Shown here: in pieces, positions 38,907 through 47,605 of the stretch
Layout: each line of letters begins with the position of its first letter
Position numbering within the stretch: position 1 is the first letter of the stretch
Virus record (IMG/VR): IMGVR_UViG_3300012007_000015
Location: 1-64,000 of that record
Length of the DNA: 64,000 nt
Reading direction: 5' to 3' (one strand)
Origin: a virus
Taxonomy: Duplodnaviria; Caudoviricetes
Translations under genes and position numbers: made by a program
Notes under the pieces: model-generated
Seen by the model: only the letters and a program-made list of their open reading frames with translations
Database searches by the model: none
Told to the model about the DNA's origin: nothing

Positions 38907-39061
38907 TTTTCAAAATAAGGTTGGGGCGTCTTCGGATTCTCCGACCTTATTTAGAAAACAAGAAATGAAAAGTAGGTGTTTCCGCTTATTTTATATCAAA
39001 TTATTTAAATAAGCAGGCTAAAACATCCTTAATGTTCAACTTAAAAAGAAAACAAGAAAAT

Positions 39062-39460
39062 ATGAAATACTTAATGTCGGAAGAAGAAGCGGCCTATATG
39101 GACTTGTATCATGGTCATTTCAGCAGGAAGCTTGCTGCGTGGGCCATCGGGAACATGGTCATGGTAGACCCAGCTACGGGAAAGGAGAAGAGCGTCACCA
39201 TGCACTCTGTAGATGATGTTATGGAAATCCTTAAAACGAACGGCGTCAAGATTCCCGTCGAGAGCAAGATAGATGCTTGGTACCTTTACCACATGACACT
39301 TGCTGATTATCCAGAGTCACTTACTACGGACAAACAGAGGTCTATTTTTGTAGAAGAGACTATCTGCGACCCAGACGGAGAAGACACAAACATCCTCGCA
39401 TGCTTCGTGGCCAAGATGTGCAACAAAGGTGTGCCTATTTACTGGGAGGAGTTTGCATGA
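39062..39460 (+). CDS. Hypothetical protein
   Basis: MKYLMSEEE... ORF, coupled to the next gene. Confidence 0.7.
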   Translation: MKYLMSEEEAAYMDLYHGHFSRKLAAWAIGNMVMVDPATGKEKSVTMHSVDDVMEILKTNGVKIPVESKIDAWYLYHMTLADYPESLTTDKQRSIFVEETICDPDGEDTNILACFVAKMCNKGVPIYWEEFA

Positions 39461-39846
39461 AACAGGCTTATCTCAAATTTCCTCGTAACGAGTGGGGTGT
39501 CGTTGTAGTATGCGACTTTGATACGGACTTGGAGTATGATGAGATGTATGAGCAGCTCAGAAGCTTCGGAATGAGCCAGTACAACATCAAGAAAGCGTTG
39601 AACATACTTTCCGCATACAACACTGGTATGCACGTAAGCAATAACACGCTCAAGATGTCGGCCATATACATCTCTAATACGACAACGCCGAGCGAATGGT
39701 GGGACACTGCGGCCCATGAGCTTGCCCATACCGTAGTATCCATTATAGACCACTACAATGTGCCGTATTACTCTGAGGACGCGGCATATCTTGCTGGATT
39801 CTTAATGAAGCAGCTCGTGGAGCAAGTTGCGGAGCCATGCAAATAA
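39457..39846 (+). CDS. HExxH metallopeptidase-like protein
   Basis: AAHELAH followed by SEDAAYLAGF; ATGA overlap with the previous gene. Confidence 0.65.
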   Translation: MKQAYLKFPRNEWGVVVVCDFDTDLEYDEMYEQLRSFGMSQYNIKKALNILSAYNTGMHVSNNTLKMSAIYISNTTTPSEWWDTAAHELAHTVVSIIDHYNVPYYSEDAAYLAGFLMKQLVEQVAEPCK

Positions 39847-39870
39847 TTAACCAAACAAAACAGTAAAACT

Positions 39871-40215
39871 ATGGAAAGAGAAAAGCTATTGAAGGAGTAC
39901 GAGGCCACACTTGAGAGCCTTATCGAGAAGACGAAGTTCGTTTATTCTGAGGAGTTCTATACACTCGATGAAATCGAAAAACAGAAGTACACCAAGGACA
40001 AGCTGGCGACAGAGGGTCATCTTGGCACACTCTGTAATATCCTGTGGGGTAAGAATCAGTTCTCCATGGGCGGCATGTCAGACCTGTTTGCCTTGGGTAT
40101 CATCGGCTCTATGTTTGGAGGCGGTTGGGGCAATACTCCGTTACCCTCATTTGGTAGCGAAGGAACCCTCAAGAACGAGCTGAATGTTGGCGCCGATGAG
40201 CAAGAACGCAAATAA
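39871..40215 (+). CDS. Hypothetical protein
   Basis: 114-aa ORF with a hydrophobic Gly-rich segment near the C-terminus. Confidence 0.6.
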   Translation: MEREKLLKEYEATLESLIEKTKFVYSEEFYTLDEIEKQKYTKDKLATEGHLGTLCNILWGKNQFSMGGMSDLFALGIIGSMFGGGWGNTPLPSFGSEGTLKNELNVGADEQERK

Positions 40216-40270
40216 AGCCCGACAAGAGCGTTTCTTGGTGTCGGCGGATAAGTTCAGGGAGGATATGAAA

Positions 40271-40310
40271 AATCCCGTCAGAGGCAAATGAAATGGCCAA
40301 AGACGGGATT
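40271..40310. terminator. Stem-loop between convergent transcription units
   Basis: AATCCCGTC...GACGGGATT inverted repeat. Confidence 0.5.
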
Positions 40311-40330
40311 CTCCGTGTCGTTATGCCTCG

Positions 40331-40687
40331 TTAGATATGTAGTTCTTCCTTGATAAAATCCAAAAGGTTAAAAGCGGATTGTTTGTACGGCATCTTGTTA
40401 TCCAGCCTATTTTTCCGTGGAACCAAGAATACTCCGTACTCTATTCCGTTACACAAGTTGTATCGCGAGTCTATCTTCTCCTCTGACCACTGGTACTTCT
40501 CAAACGCTTCCGCGATTGAGATGTTTTCATGAACCGCCTGTTGCAGGTAAAGGAATGCGACCGTCTTCTTCTTTTTCTTTGCAATCTGTTCTGCGACGTC
40601 GTCCAGCAGAACATTCATCAGTTTATTAATCTGTTCTTTCGGATACACCGCATCAAGTATGTCTCGTAATTGTTCTTGTTTGCTCAT
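40331..40687 (-). CDS. Hypothetical protein
   Basis: 118-aa ORF in the leftward operon. Confidence 0.6.
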   Translation of the reverse strand: MSKQEQLRDILDAVYPKEQINKLMNVLLDDVAEQIAKKKKKTVAFLYLQQAVHENISIAEAFEKYQWSEEKIDSRYNLCNGIEYGVFLVPRKNRLDNKMPYKQSAFNLLDFIKEELHI

Positions 40688-40688
40688 A

Positions 40689-41051
40689 TTATCTTAGCAT
40701 TAGGTACATCTTCATCATGTCGTTCTCTACCTTGATGTCGTTGAAGCCGAGTTTATGGTACAAATCCATCACAAACGGCTCCTGTACGGAATTGAGGTCG
40801 ATTCGGAATATTCCCCTCTTGATACAGTAGTCTATCGCCATTGATAGCAGTTCCCTCGCATAGCCCTGCTGTCTGCACTCTGGAACCACGGACAGACCTG
40901 CAAGATAGCAAACGTTTGGGTCTACGTCCTCGAAGTACAGGTCTACCATAGCGGCACCATCATGCGTGATTATGGTTGCAGTCTCACCCCAACTCCATCT
41001 GTTCTTGTGTATATGTGTCATAATCCTTTCTGTTCTATTACGAATCTCCAA
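40689..41051 (-). CDS. GNAT-family acetyltransferase
   Basis: LAGLSVVPECRQQGYARELL (motif A) and LYHKLGF. Confidence 0.85.
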   Translation of the reverse strand: MEIRNRTERIMTHIHKNRWSWGETATIITHDGAAMVDLYFEDVDPNVCYLAGLSVVPECRQQGYARELLSMAIDYCIKRGIFRIDLNSVQEPFVMDLYHKLGFNDIKVENDMMKMYLMLR

Positions 41052-41254
41052 ACTTTATTAATCTCGTTCTGCACTGGCACATCAGTTGTTATGAGGCAAT
41101 TCAGGTTTTTGCCAGACATGATTATTACAGAGAGCGTCTTGAAAATACACTCGTAGGCATCAATCTTCTGCTGCATGCGTGCGACCTCGCTAATCTCGTT
41201 GTCATTTAGTCTTAGATTTTCCATATTCCTTACACTTATTATAGTAGTATTCAA
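41018..41254 (-). CDS. Hypothetical protein
   Basis: Short coupled ORF. Confidence 0.5.
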   Translation of the reverse strand: MNTTIISVRNMENLRLNDNEISEVARMQQKIDAYECIFKTLSVIIMSGKNLNCLITTDVPVQNEINKVWRFVIEQKGL

Positions 41255-41486
41255 GCAATTTTGTTAGCGCAAAGTCATTAACCCATTTGGGGTCTTCGAT
41301 AAATGTTAGAATTGTTGCAGAGTCTCGGTTGATGTCGTACAACATACTGTCAAGCGGCTGCTTGATAAATTCTTCTAACTTGATAGATTTCAATCCATCA
41401 ATGTCGGCATATACCAAATTGCCTTTGTCCCATTCTGCAAGCACCTTGTCACGGATGCTTTCAAACATTTCTTTTTCCAATTCCAT
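41202..41486 (-). CDS. Hypothetical protein
   Basis: 94-aa acidic ORF. Confidence 0.6.
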   Translation of the reverse strand: MELEKEMFESIRDKVLAEWDKGNLVYADIDGLKSIKLEEFIKQPLDSMLYDINRDSATILTFIEDPKWVNDFALTKLLEYYYNKCKEYGKSKTK

Positions 41487-41498
41487 AAGCGTTAAAGT

Positions 41499-43034
41499 TT
41501 AAAGGTGGTTTAATCTTTTTGTTAATATGTTTTCTATATTGTCAAATTCGGTATAAGGTATCTCGATAAGTTTTATCTTGTGTTCCTTACAATATTGGCG
41601 AACAGCATTATCCCTTTTTTGCTGGTGTGCAAATCTCTCTTCGTTGTCAACAAATCCAGTAGGACGATAATGTTGTTCTCCTTGGTATTCTATTGCAACA
41701 TTTAATGACGGAATAAAAAAGTCAAGATACATTCTTTTGTTTTCGCAAAACAAAGATTCATTATTTATCTTGTACTGCGTTTCGTAGTTTATACCAAATT
41801 TGTCTAAGCATAACATAACCTTTTCTTCGCCCCTTGATATACTACAACGTGGACAACCACTCCCCTGTAAATGAGCGTTTGCGATTTGTTGAAAATCACC
41901 ATGCTTTCGACAAGTTATAGTCACGGGCATATTGTCCTTTACGTATTCAGTATGCTCGTAAGAATACCTATCCCCATGTACCTTTTTTGCTTTTTCTATA
42001 AACATTTCTGTGGTATGTCTTAACGATAATGATTGTTCTAACAATGCACAATTCGGGCATCCACTACCCATTAAATGCGAATTTGGTGCTTGAAAAAAGT
42101 GCGTTCCGCATTTTTTGCAAATAATTTCAACAGGCTCTCTTGAATATTTGTAATCGACAAGCGAATAGTCATATTTGTCTCCATGTTTTTGTCTTGCTAA
42201 GTCAATAAAACGGCTGGTTGTATATTTGCCAAAACCGTCACATTGTGGACATCCGTAACCTCGCAAGAAATACTTCGGTTTTACAGAGAAATCTCCATGC
42301 TCTTTGCATACGACTATGATTGGCGTGTTGACATTTATGAAATCTGCTTTTGACATATCAAACCTATCTCCGTACAATTCGTTTACACGACGCAAAAACT
42401 CTTCTTTTGACATAGCCTTGGAATCATGCAGCAAATCGTATGCACATTGCGGGCACCCATTACCATTTAAGTGATTTATTGCTTTTTGACGAAACACTCC
42501 GTGAGAATGGCATATAATATCAACAAATGATGAAGCACCATTAAAGTTTTCTTTTGTAATCAAAGAGTAATCATATCTATCACCGTGTATTTCTTTGGCA
42601 CGTTCGATAAAGTTTTCATAAGTTATTCTAAAACTTTCTTTCATGCACTCCTTACATCCACACCCATGCAGGTGACTTTGTGCGTTCTGCAAAAAATCCC
42701 CGTGTTTTGGGCATGTAATACACACCTTTGTGCGCTTATTTACATACTCTGTCTTATCGTAATTATATTTATCACCATGAACAATCCTTGCCTGTGCAAC
42801 AAATTCATCGGTTGTTCTTCTTTGATGATTTGCACGTTCTTCTGTTCTGCATTTTATACACCCATGTCCCAGCAAATGATTGGTTGGCGTTTGCCAAAAA
42901 CTACCATGTTTAGGACAAATAATCTCTACTTCTACATGGCAACCTTTGTATTCAACCTTTGAATAGTCGTACTTATTACCATGCACTTTTATTGCATCGG
43001 CAATAAATTGTTCTTTTGTCTTTTTCCCTTTCAT
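41499..43034 (-). CDS. Repeat-containing endonuclease (six DUF723-like Zn repeats plus a PD-(D/E)xK/DUF559-like nuclease)
   Basis: Six units of FI.KA..VHGDKYDYS...C.KHG.F.Q....HL.G.GC..C; C-terminal RMYLDFFIPSLNVAIEYQGEQHY; AT-rich. Confidence 0.85.
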   Translation of the reverse strand: MKGKKTKEQFIADAIKVHGNKYDYSKVEYKGCHVEVEIICPKHGSFWQTPTNHLLGHGCIKCRTEERANHQRRTTDEFVAQARIVHGDKYNYDKTEYVNKRTKVCITCPKHGDFLQNAQSHLHGCGCKECMKESFRITYENFIERAKEIHGDRYDYSLITKENFNGASSFVDIICHSHGVFRQKAINHLNGNGCPQCAYDLLHDSKAMSKEEFLRRVNELYGDRFDMSKADFINVNTPIIVVCKEHGDFSVKPKYFLRGYGCPQCDGFGKYTTSRFIDLARQKHGDKYDYSLVDYKYSREPVEIICKKCGTHFFQAPNSHLMGSGCPNCALLEQSLSLRHTTEMFIEKAKKVHGDRYSYEHTEYVKDNMPVTITCRKHGDFQQIANAHLQGSGCPRCSISRGEEKVMLCLDKFGINYETQYKINNESLFCENKRMYLDFFIPSLNVAIEYQGEQHYRPTGFVDNEERFAHQQKRDNAVRQYCKEHKIKLIEIPYTEFDNIENILTKRLNHL

Positions 43035-43126
43035 ATTATACCGAAATTTGATATGCCGAAAGATTGCAAAGTGAACAGGGCTTTCGGCTTACCTTTTCGA
43101 TGGGACATGACCACACATCTATTTCA

Positions 43127-43159
43127 CTTTGCAAAGATAGTAATTTTTTTGGAACAAAC
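43127..43159 (-). promoter_or_regulatory. Promoter of the repeat endonuclease gene
   Basis: Minus strand TTTG...TATCTTTG upstream of a structured leader. Confidence 0.65.
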
Positions 43160-43170
43160 AAATAAATTAA

Positions 43171-43785
43171 CTATAATTTAGATAATTCGGGATAAAACCT
43201 ATTGTCCCTCCAATAGTACGTAGCCCCACAAGCGGGACATTTGTTGTCGCAGCCCTCAACCAAGTACATTTCTCTGTTACAATTTCTACAGATACAATCG
43301 TACTTCTTGGGTACGGTGATAAAATGACTTTGGAAAGAGTCTCCAGAGTCAAGCGCGCCAGAGTCGTACATACTCTTAATGAGGCTTACTATATCACGCA
43401 CACTGGCTTCGCTGAGTTCCTGCGACCTGTCATGAAGAAGGTTGTTGAGAATCTTCTGTACATCAGATGACGTAAACTTGAAGTCTTTGAGGTTGGAAGC
43501 CTTGGCCTGTATCTCAGACTGGTATTCCTGCTCAATATATTCTCTCAGGTGTCTACAGCTCTGCTGTTCGAGAAGCACGTCCGCGTCATGTATAAAGCGT
43601 GATAGGTACTCATCCTCATCCTCGCTCGGCACGTTTTTCTTAAACTCAACGCTGTCAAATACTGATGCGTATGCGACGGCTGGAGTCTCGCCAAAGGCTA
43701 CTTGCAAAACAAACATGTACTCCTGAAGAGTAAAGTCTATCTGCCTAACGTGCATGGCATTCAATGTATCTTGGTATGAAAGCAT
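43171..43785 (-). CDS. Hypothetical protein with a C-terminal zinc ribbon
   Basis: CICRNC...CPAC near the C-terminus. Confidence 0.65.
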   Translation of the reverse strand: MLSYQDTLNAMHVRQIDFTLQEYMFVLQVAFGETPAVAYASVFDSVEFKKNVPSEDEDEYLSRFIHDADVLLEQQSCRHLREYIEQEYQSEIQAKASNLKDFKFTSSDVQKILNNLLHDRSQELSEASVRDIVSLIKSMYDSGALDSGDSFQSHFITVPKKYDCICRNCNREMYLVEGCDNKCPACGATYYWRDNRFYPELSKL

Positions 43786-43786
43786 G

Positions 43787-44251
43787 TTATTTGTCCTCTG
43801 TTGTTGTTTTGTCCTTGTAGTAAATAACCTCTCTGAAAACCCACTGGCTGCGTCCTTTTGCGTTATGCTCGTATATTTTACGAATCATCAGCTTTCTACG
43901 CAGTACATAATCCTGTAGCTTGCTTGTCTGCTCGGACTTATATTCACAGCAGACATACACCTTTTTCTCGTTATCGTAGAAGGAGAAGTCGTTGTGATAC
44001 CCAGCATCCTGTTCAACGACTACGGTATCATATCTAACCTTTGTCTTGAGCTGTACAGGGACAATCTTCGTTGTCTGTGGTATGAGCACGAATGGGGTGT
44101 GTACCCTCAGTCCGCTAATCTTACCAACTCTCTGCAGGTGGCACAGGAGAATGTAGTAGTCTCGCTCCTTCCAGCTGTCGAACTCTATTCCCTTGTATTT
44201 AACCTTGTGGGCTCCGTATTTATTGGAAGTGCCGTAACCGAACCTCTTCAT
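43787..44251 (-). CDS. DUF1064-like endonuclease
   Basis: NKYGAHKVKYKGIEFDSWKERDYY...YHNDFSFYD...CEYK...YVLRRKLM. Confidence 0.75.
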   Translation of the reverse strand: MKRFGYGTSNKYGAHKVKYKGIEFDSWKERDYYILLCHLQRVGKISGLRVHTPFVLIPQTTKIVPVQLKTKVRYDTVVVEQDAGYHNDFSFYDNEKKVYVCCEYKSEQTSKLQDYVLRRKLMIRKIYEHNAKGRSQWVFREVIYYKDKTTTEDK

Positions 44252-44664
44252 CAGTACACGTCTACGATTCTGCTTTCCTTTAGGCCTACGAGTTCAAGGT
44301 TATAACCCTGTCTGAGGTACTCGCTAATGAACTTCTTGGCATCGTCGAAGTTCCTTGCAAACAGTAGCATGCTGTACTTCATCTCGGTCTTTGCGCCGTC
44401 TTCTGCTACAAAGAGGTCTCGTACTTCGGTGACGAACGCGCGGTCGTCGATGGATGATGGTTTGTTTGCCACCTCTCGAATCTTCGAGCGTTTGATGTCT
44501 GTAACGTCAAAATCCTCGAAGCTGTTAGAGTTAAGAACCACAAAAGCCTTGGCCTCTGCCTCTGTAAATGTGTTGCAGTCTTCGAGGATATGCCATTCCT
44601 TGTGCTGTTTCTGACTTCCGTCGTCCTCCAGTCTAAGATAAGATACTTTTACTTCGTGTAACAT
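44251..44664 (-). CDS. DUF4494-like protein
   Basis: HEVKVSYLRLEDDGSQK...TFTEAEAKA...IKRSKIREV pattern. Confidence 0.65.
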   Translation of the reverse strand: MLHEVKVSYLRLEDDGSQKQHKEWHILEDCNTFTEAEAKAFVVLNSNSFEDFDVTDIKRSKIREVANKPSSIDDRAFVTEVRDLFVAEDGAKTEMKYSMLLFARNFDDAKKFISEYLRQGYNLELVGLKESRIVDVY

Positions 44665-44666
44665 AA

Positions 44667-45170
44667 TTATTCGTCTTTAATTACTATATCGATTTTAATA
44701 TTCTTCGGTTTCTGTATGATGACCTTTACTGTCTGTTGCTCGTCGTTCGGAATCTCTATGGCGGTCTCCGTAGCGTCGTTGTATATGCGTATGATACGCT
44801 TGAGCATTATCCACCTCTTCTTCCAGATGGTATCTCCGCTTATAAGCATAGACATCTTGTTTACGGCGACCTGTATAGACATGGGATGAAACCCGTATCC
44901 GCTTTTTCCAAGACGCTCGGCCATTTTGTTGTAAGGCTCGTGTGTCATCTGTCGGTATGTATACCAATACAGCCACCGCGACTGGGAAACATGCAGACTT
45001 AGCTTCTTCTTCTCAAGCAAGTCCTCCTTGTTTACATCGCACATTGAAGCGACAATGTCTGCAAGACGAGACAGGATGTCTCTTCCCTGTTCCTTGAGCA
45101 TGTCGCACACGGCGCTAATATTCTCGGCCTCTGCAGACTCTATCTCTGCCTTAATCTTATCTTCGTTCAT
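44667..45170 (-). CDS. DnaA domain IV-like DNA-binding protein
   Basis: IVASMCDVNKEDLLEKKK...SRWLYWY...MAERLG...H..IQVAVNKM aligns by eye with DnaA domain IV. Confidence 0.6.
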   Translation of the reverse strand: MNEDKIKAEIESAEAENISAVCDMLKEQGRDILSRLADIVASMCDVNKEDLLEKKKLSLHVSQSRWLYWYTYRQMTHEPYNKMAERLGKSGYGFHPMSIQVAVNKMSMLISGDTIWKKRWIMLKRIIRIYNDATETAIEIPNDEQQTVKVIIQKPKNIKIDIVIKDE

Positions 45171-45588
45171 TTCTGTTTCGCTCGTTTATGCTGTTTATTA
45201 TTGTCTGTTGTGACATAGGAAGCCGTTCGACGTACAGGTTAAGTCTGTGTTGTCTCTCTCTGCCGAGGATGCTGTCCCATACTCCAGATATTGCAAATTT
45301 CCAATGCAGGAAAGTAAACTGGCCCTTAAACGCAACGGTGTCTCCATCCATACATTTCTCAAGGTAGCACTCCCACTTGGGCGTACGCTCTCTCTTCTTG
45401 TATTCCATGGACTTCTCGTCGTACTCAAGCAGTGGTTTTCTCTTGAGCCAGAGGTATGTGCGTCCCTCCTTCTTGAAGTACTGGCCCTCAATAGGTGAAA
45501 GGTTGACCTTCTCCACGGAGAGATTTCCCTCGTAGCGTCCGTCAGCCTTCCTTTCCAAGTGTCCGTTTGTATAACTGTCGTCGAACAT
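45157..45588 (-). CDS. Hypothetical protein
   Basis: 143-aa ORF directly after dnaN. Confidence 0.65.
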   Translation of the reverse strand: MFDDSYTNGHLERKADGRYEGNLSVEKVNLSPIEGQYFKKEGRTYLWLKRKPLLEYDEKSMEYKKRERTPKWECYLEKCMDGDTVAFKGQFTFLHWKFAISGVWDSILGRERQHRLNLYVERLPMSQQTIINSINERNRNERR

Positions 45589-45600
45589 ACAACTGGCTTC

Positions 45601-46749
45601 TTATATATCTAACAACATTGGCATGATAACTCCAGTGTACTCTGAGTCCTCTCCCTGAGTTTCTGGTGTTATCATTACTGGCTTTGTCTCTTCTGACATG
45701 AGAAGAGTTACATTGTCGTCCATGACGTTAGACAGCAGCCCAGCAAATACACTTCCCTTTACGCCGACGGAAAACTCTTCGCCCTGATAGTCGCAGCTGA
45801 TTTCCTCGTTTGCGGACTTGGAGAAGTCTAAGTCCTTCGTGCTAAGCGTGAGTTTTCCTTCTGTGAAATTAAGAGACACGCACTCGCTTGTCGTGTTTCC
45901 AAGCGGAAGGACTCTCTTCAGGGCGTTCAAAATGTCCTCCTTGCTTACTGTTGCTGTTTTTGTCGGCTTGGACTGCAGCAGCCTGTCATAATCTGGATAA
46001 TTCCCCTCAAGTATTCTCGCCGTCAGCTTGAAGTTGCTGCGTGAAAGAACAATCATGTGGTCGCATATTGTTAGCTTGACGTCGCCGTCTGTCTTCCCGA
46101 GGATAACGGATATTACGCGGGCTGTCTTGCTTGGAATCGTAAAGAAGCAGACATTACCATCGTCATTCGTCACAGTCCTGTTCGTATACTTGGACAATTT
46201 CTGATGGTCTAACGCTACGCTTACCATTCTGTCGGCGAAAAAGTCAAAGTGGATACCGCTCATGATTGGCCTTATTGCCGAGTTAGACATGGCAATCTCA
46301 GTAAGAACGATGGCGTTCAACAGAATGTCCGAGTCAATGAGTTTCTCCGTCTTCCCGTCATCTCCCATGGCTGGGCTTGGGAACTCGTCCGCATTGTCTG
46401 CAGGAAACACAAACTGTCCGTTCTCGTACTTTGCGCATACTGTCGGTTCACCATCCTCATACTCAAGCGAAACGACACGCCCAGAGAGATTCTTGAGGGC
46501 CTTGATGAAGTCGTGTACACCAACGGCAACAGCGAATCCTGTGTCGCCGCTGACAAGCTCTCCTTTCACTGCGAGCCATTGTTCTCCATCGCTGGCGTTA
46601 AACACAACAGAAGGCTTTCCTTCCTTGTCGACGAAACTCTTGATTACCACGTCTGACAAAATCGGCAGCGGACTTTTTGCTGCCACGACGCTGCTTGCCT
46701 GTATAATCTGTGGAAGAACGTCGCTAACATTGAATACAATTTGCTTCAT
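45601..46749 (-). CDS. dnaN: DNA polymerase III beta sliding clamp
   Basis: 382 aa; SPLPILSDV, IRPIMSGIHFDF, LEGNYPDYDRL and VIMPM motifs. Confidence 0.92.
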   Translation of the reverse strand: MKQIVFNVSDVLPQIIQASSVVAAKSPLPILSDVVIKSFVDKEGKPSVVFNASDGEQWLAVKGELVSGDTGFAVAVGVHDFIKALKNLSGRVVSLEYEDGEPTVCAKYENGQFVFPADNADEFPSPAMGDDGKTEKLIDSDILLNAIVLTEIAMSNSAIRPIMSGIHFDFFADRMVSVALDHQKLSKYTNRTVTNDDGNVCFFTIPSKTARVISVILGKTDGDVKLTICDHMIVLSRSNFKLTARILEGNYPDYDRLLQSKPTKTATVSKEDILNALKRVLPLGNTTSECVSLNFTEGKLTLSTKDLDFSKSANEEISCDYQGEEFSVGVKGSVFAGLLSNVMDDNVTLLMSEETKPVMITPETQGEDSEYTGVIMPMLLDI

Positions 46750-46778
46750 AATAACACTTTCTTTGTTAATACGTTTAG

Positions 46779-46851
46779 TGGGGAAGGGCGGACTCGAACC
46801 ACCATGGCCAGATTTTCAGTCTGGTGCATTGACCATCTTTGCTACTGCCCC
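46779..46851 (-). tRNA. tRNA-Phe(GAA)
   Basis: GGGGCAG/CTTCCCC acceptor stem (one mismatch), anticodon arm CCAGA-CTGAAAA-TCTGG, T arm GGTGG-TTCGAGT-CCGCC; CCA is not encoded. Confidence 0.9.
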
Positions 46852-46994
46852 AAAAGAAAACCTACTTCGTTTCACAACGTTTCGGTTGTTTATAACTATA
46901 AACAATTCAAACAATCCTTATAGAGCCTAACACATTTCACAACGTCTCAGCAGTACGTAAACAAAGTATTAACCTAAAATGAAATTCACGACCA

Positions 46995-47026
46995 CAAAGG
47001 TAATATATAAATTTTGAATATGCAAA
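46995..47026 (-). promoter_or_regulatory. Promoter for the tRNA-dnaN operon with a palindromic -33 region
   Basis: Minus strand TTTGCATATTCAAA (47026-47013) and TACCTTTG (47002-46995). Confidence 0.75.
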
Positions 47027-47040
47027 CAAATCTTAGGAAT

Positions 47041-47460
47041 TTAACCATTATTAATATTCCTCCAGATTACTCTGGCTCCTTTATAGGTTAAATATGAACT
47101 AACGAGCATGTTTGCCGCAGCTATCGCGTATATCTGCCATACTTCAAGTTCGATGTTAATACAGTATTTCTCTATTAAGCTAACGAACAAGAACGCGCAA
47201 GCAAGCTTATTCCATATACAGGTTTCTACGGCAACGGACAACACTACGAGAACAATCATTACAGTCCAATCGTATTCAAACAGGCTTGCTATGGCCCAAG
47301 ATATTGTTTTTACTGGAACGATGCTGCCGTTGAAGTAAGCGTACCTGCATGTCGCAACGGAGTATAGACTTTCGAAGTACGACACAAAAAGAATTAGGCA
47401 GAAAACAAATGGAAGGATTTTCGCAATTCGTATAAGAAGAACCCTGAATGCTCGTATCAC
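47041..47460 (-). CDS. Multi-pass membrane protein
   Basis: About four hydrophobic segments in 139 aa. Confidence 0.65.
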   Translation of the reverse strand: MIRAFRVLLIRIAKILPFVFCLILFVSYFESLYSVATCRYAYFNGSIVPVKTISWAIASLFEYDWTVMIVLVVLSVAVETCIWNKLACAFLFVSLIEKYCINIELEVWQIYAIAAANMLVSSYLTYKGARVIWRNINNG

Positions 47461-47605
47461 TTTCGCCTCATCTTAATTTTAAATGTAACGCCGTTATCTG
47501 GAACCCTTGTTGGCGCATTGGTAACTGAGTCGTTATTCTTCTTGGCAATCTTAGCCTTTGATGTTAACTTGACCTTTCCCTTGTTCTTGCGTGGCTTGCC
47601 CATAT

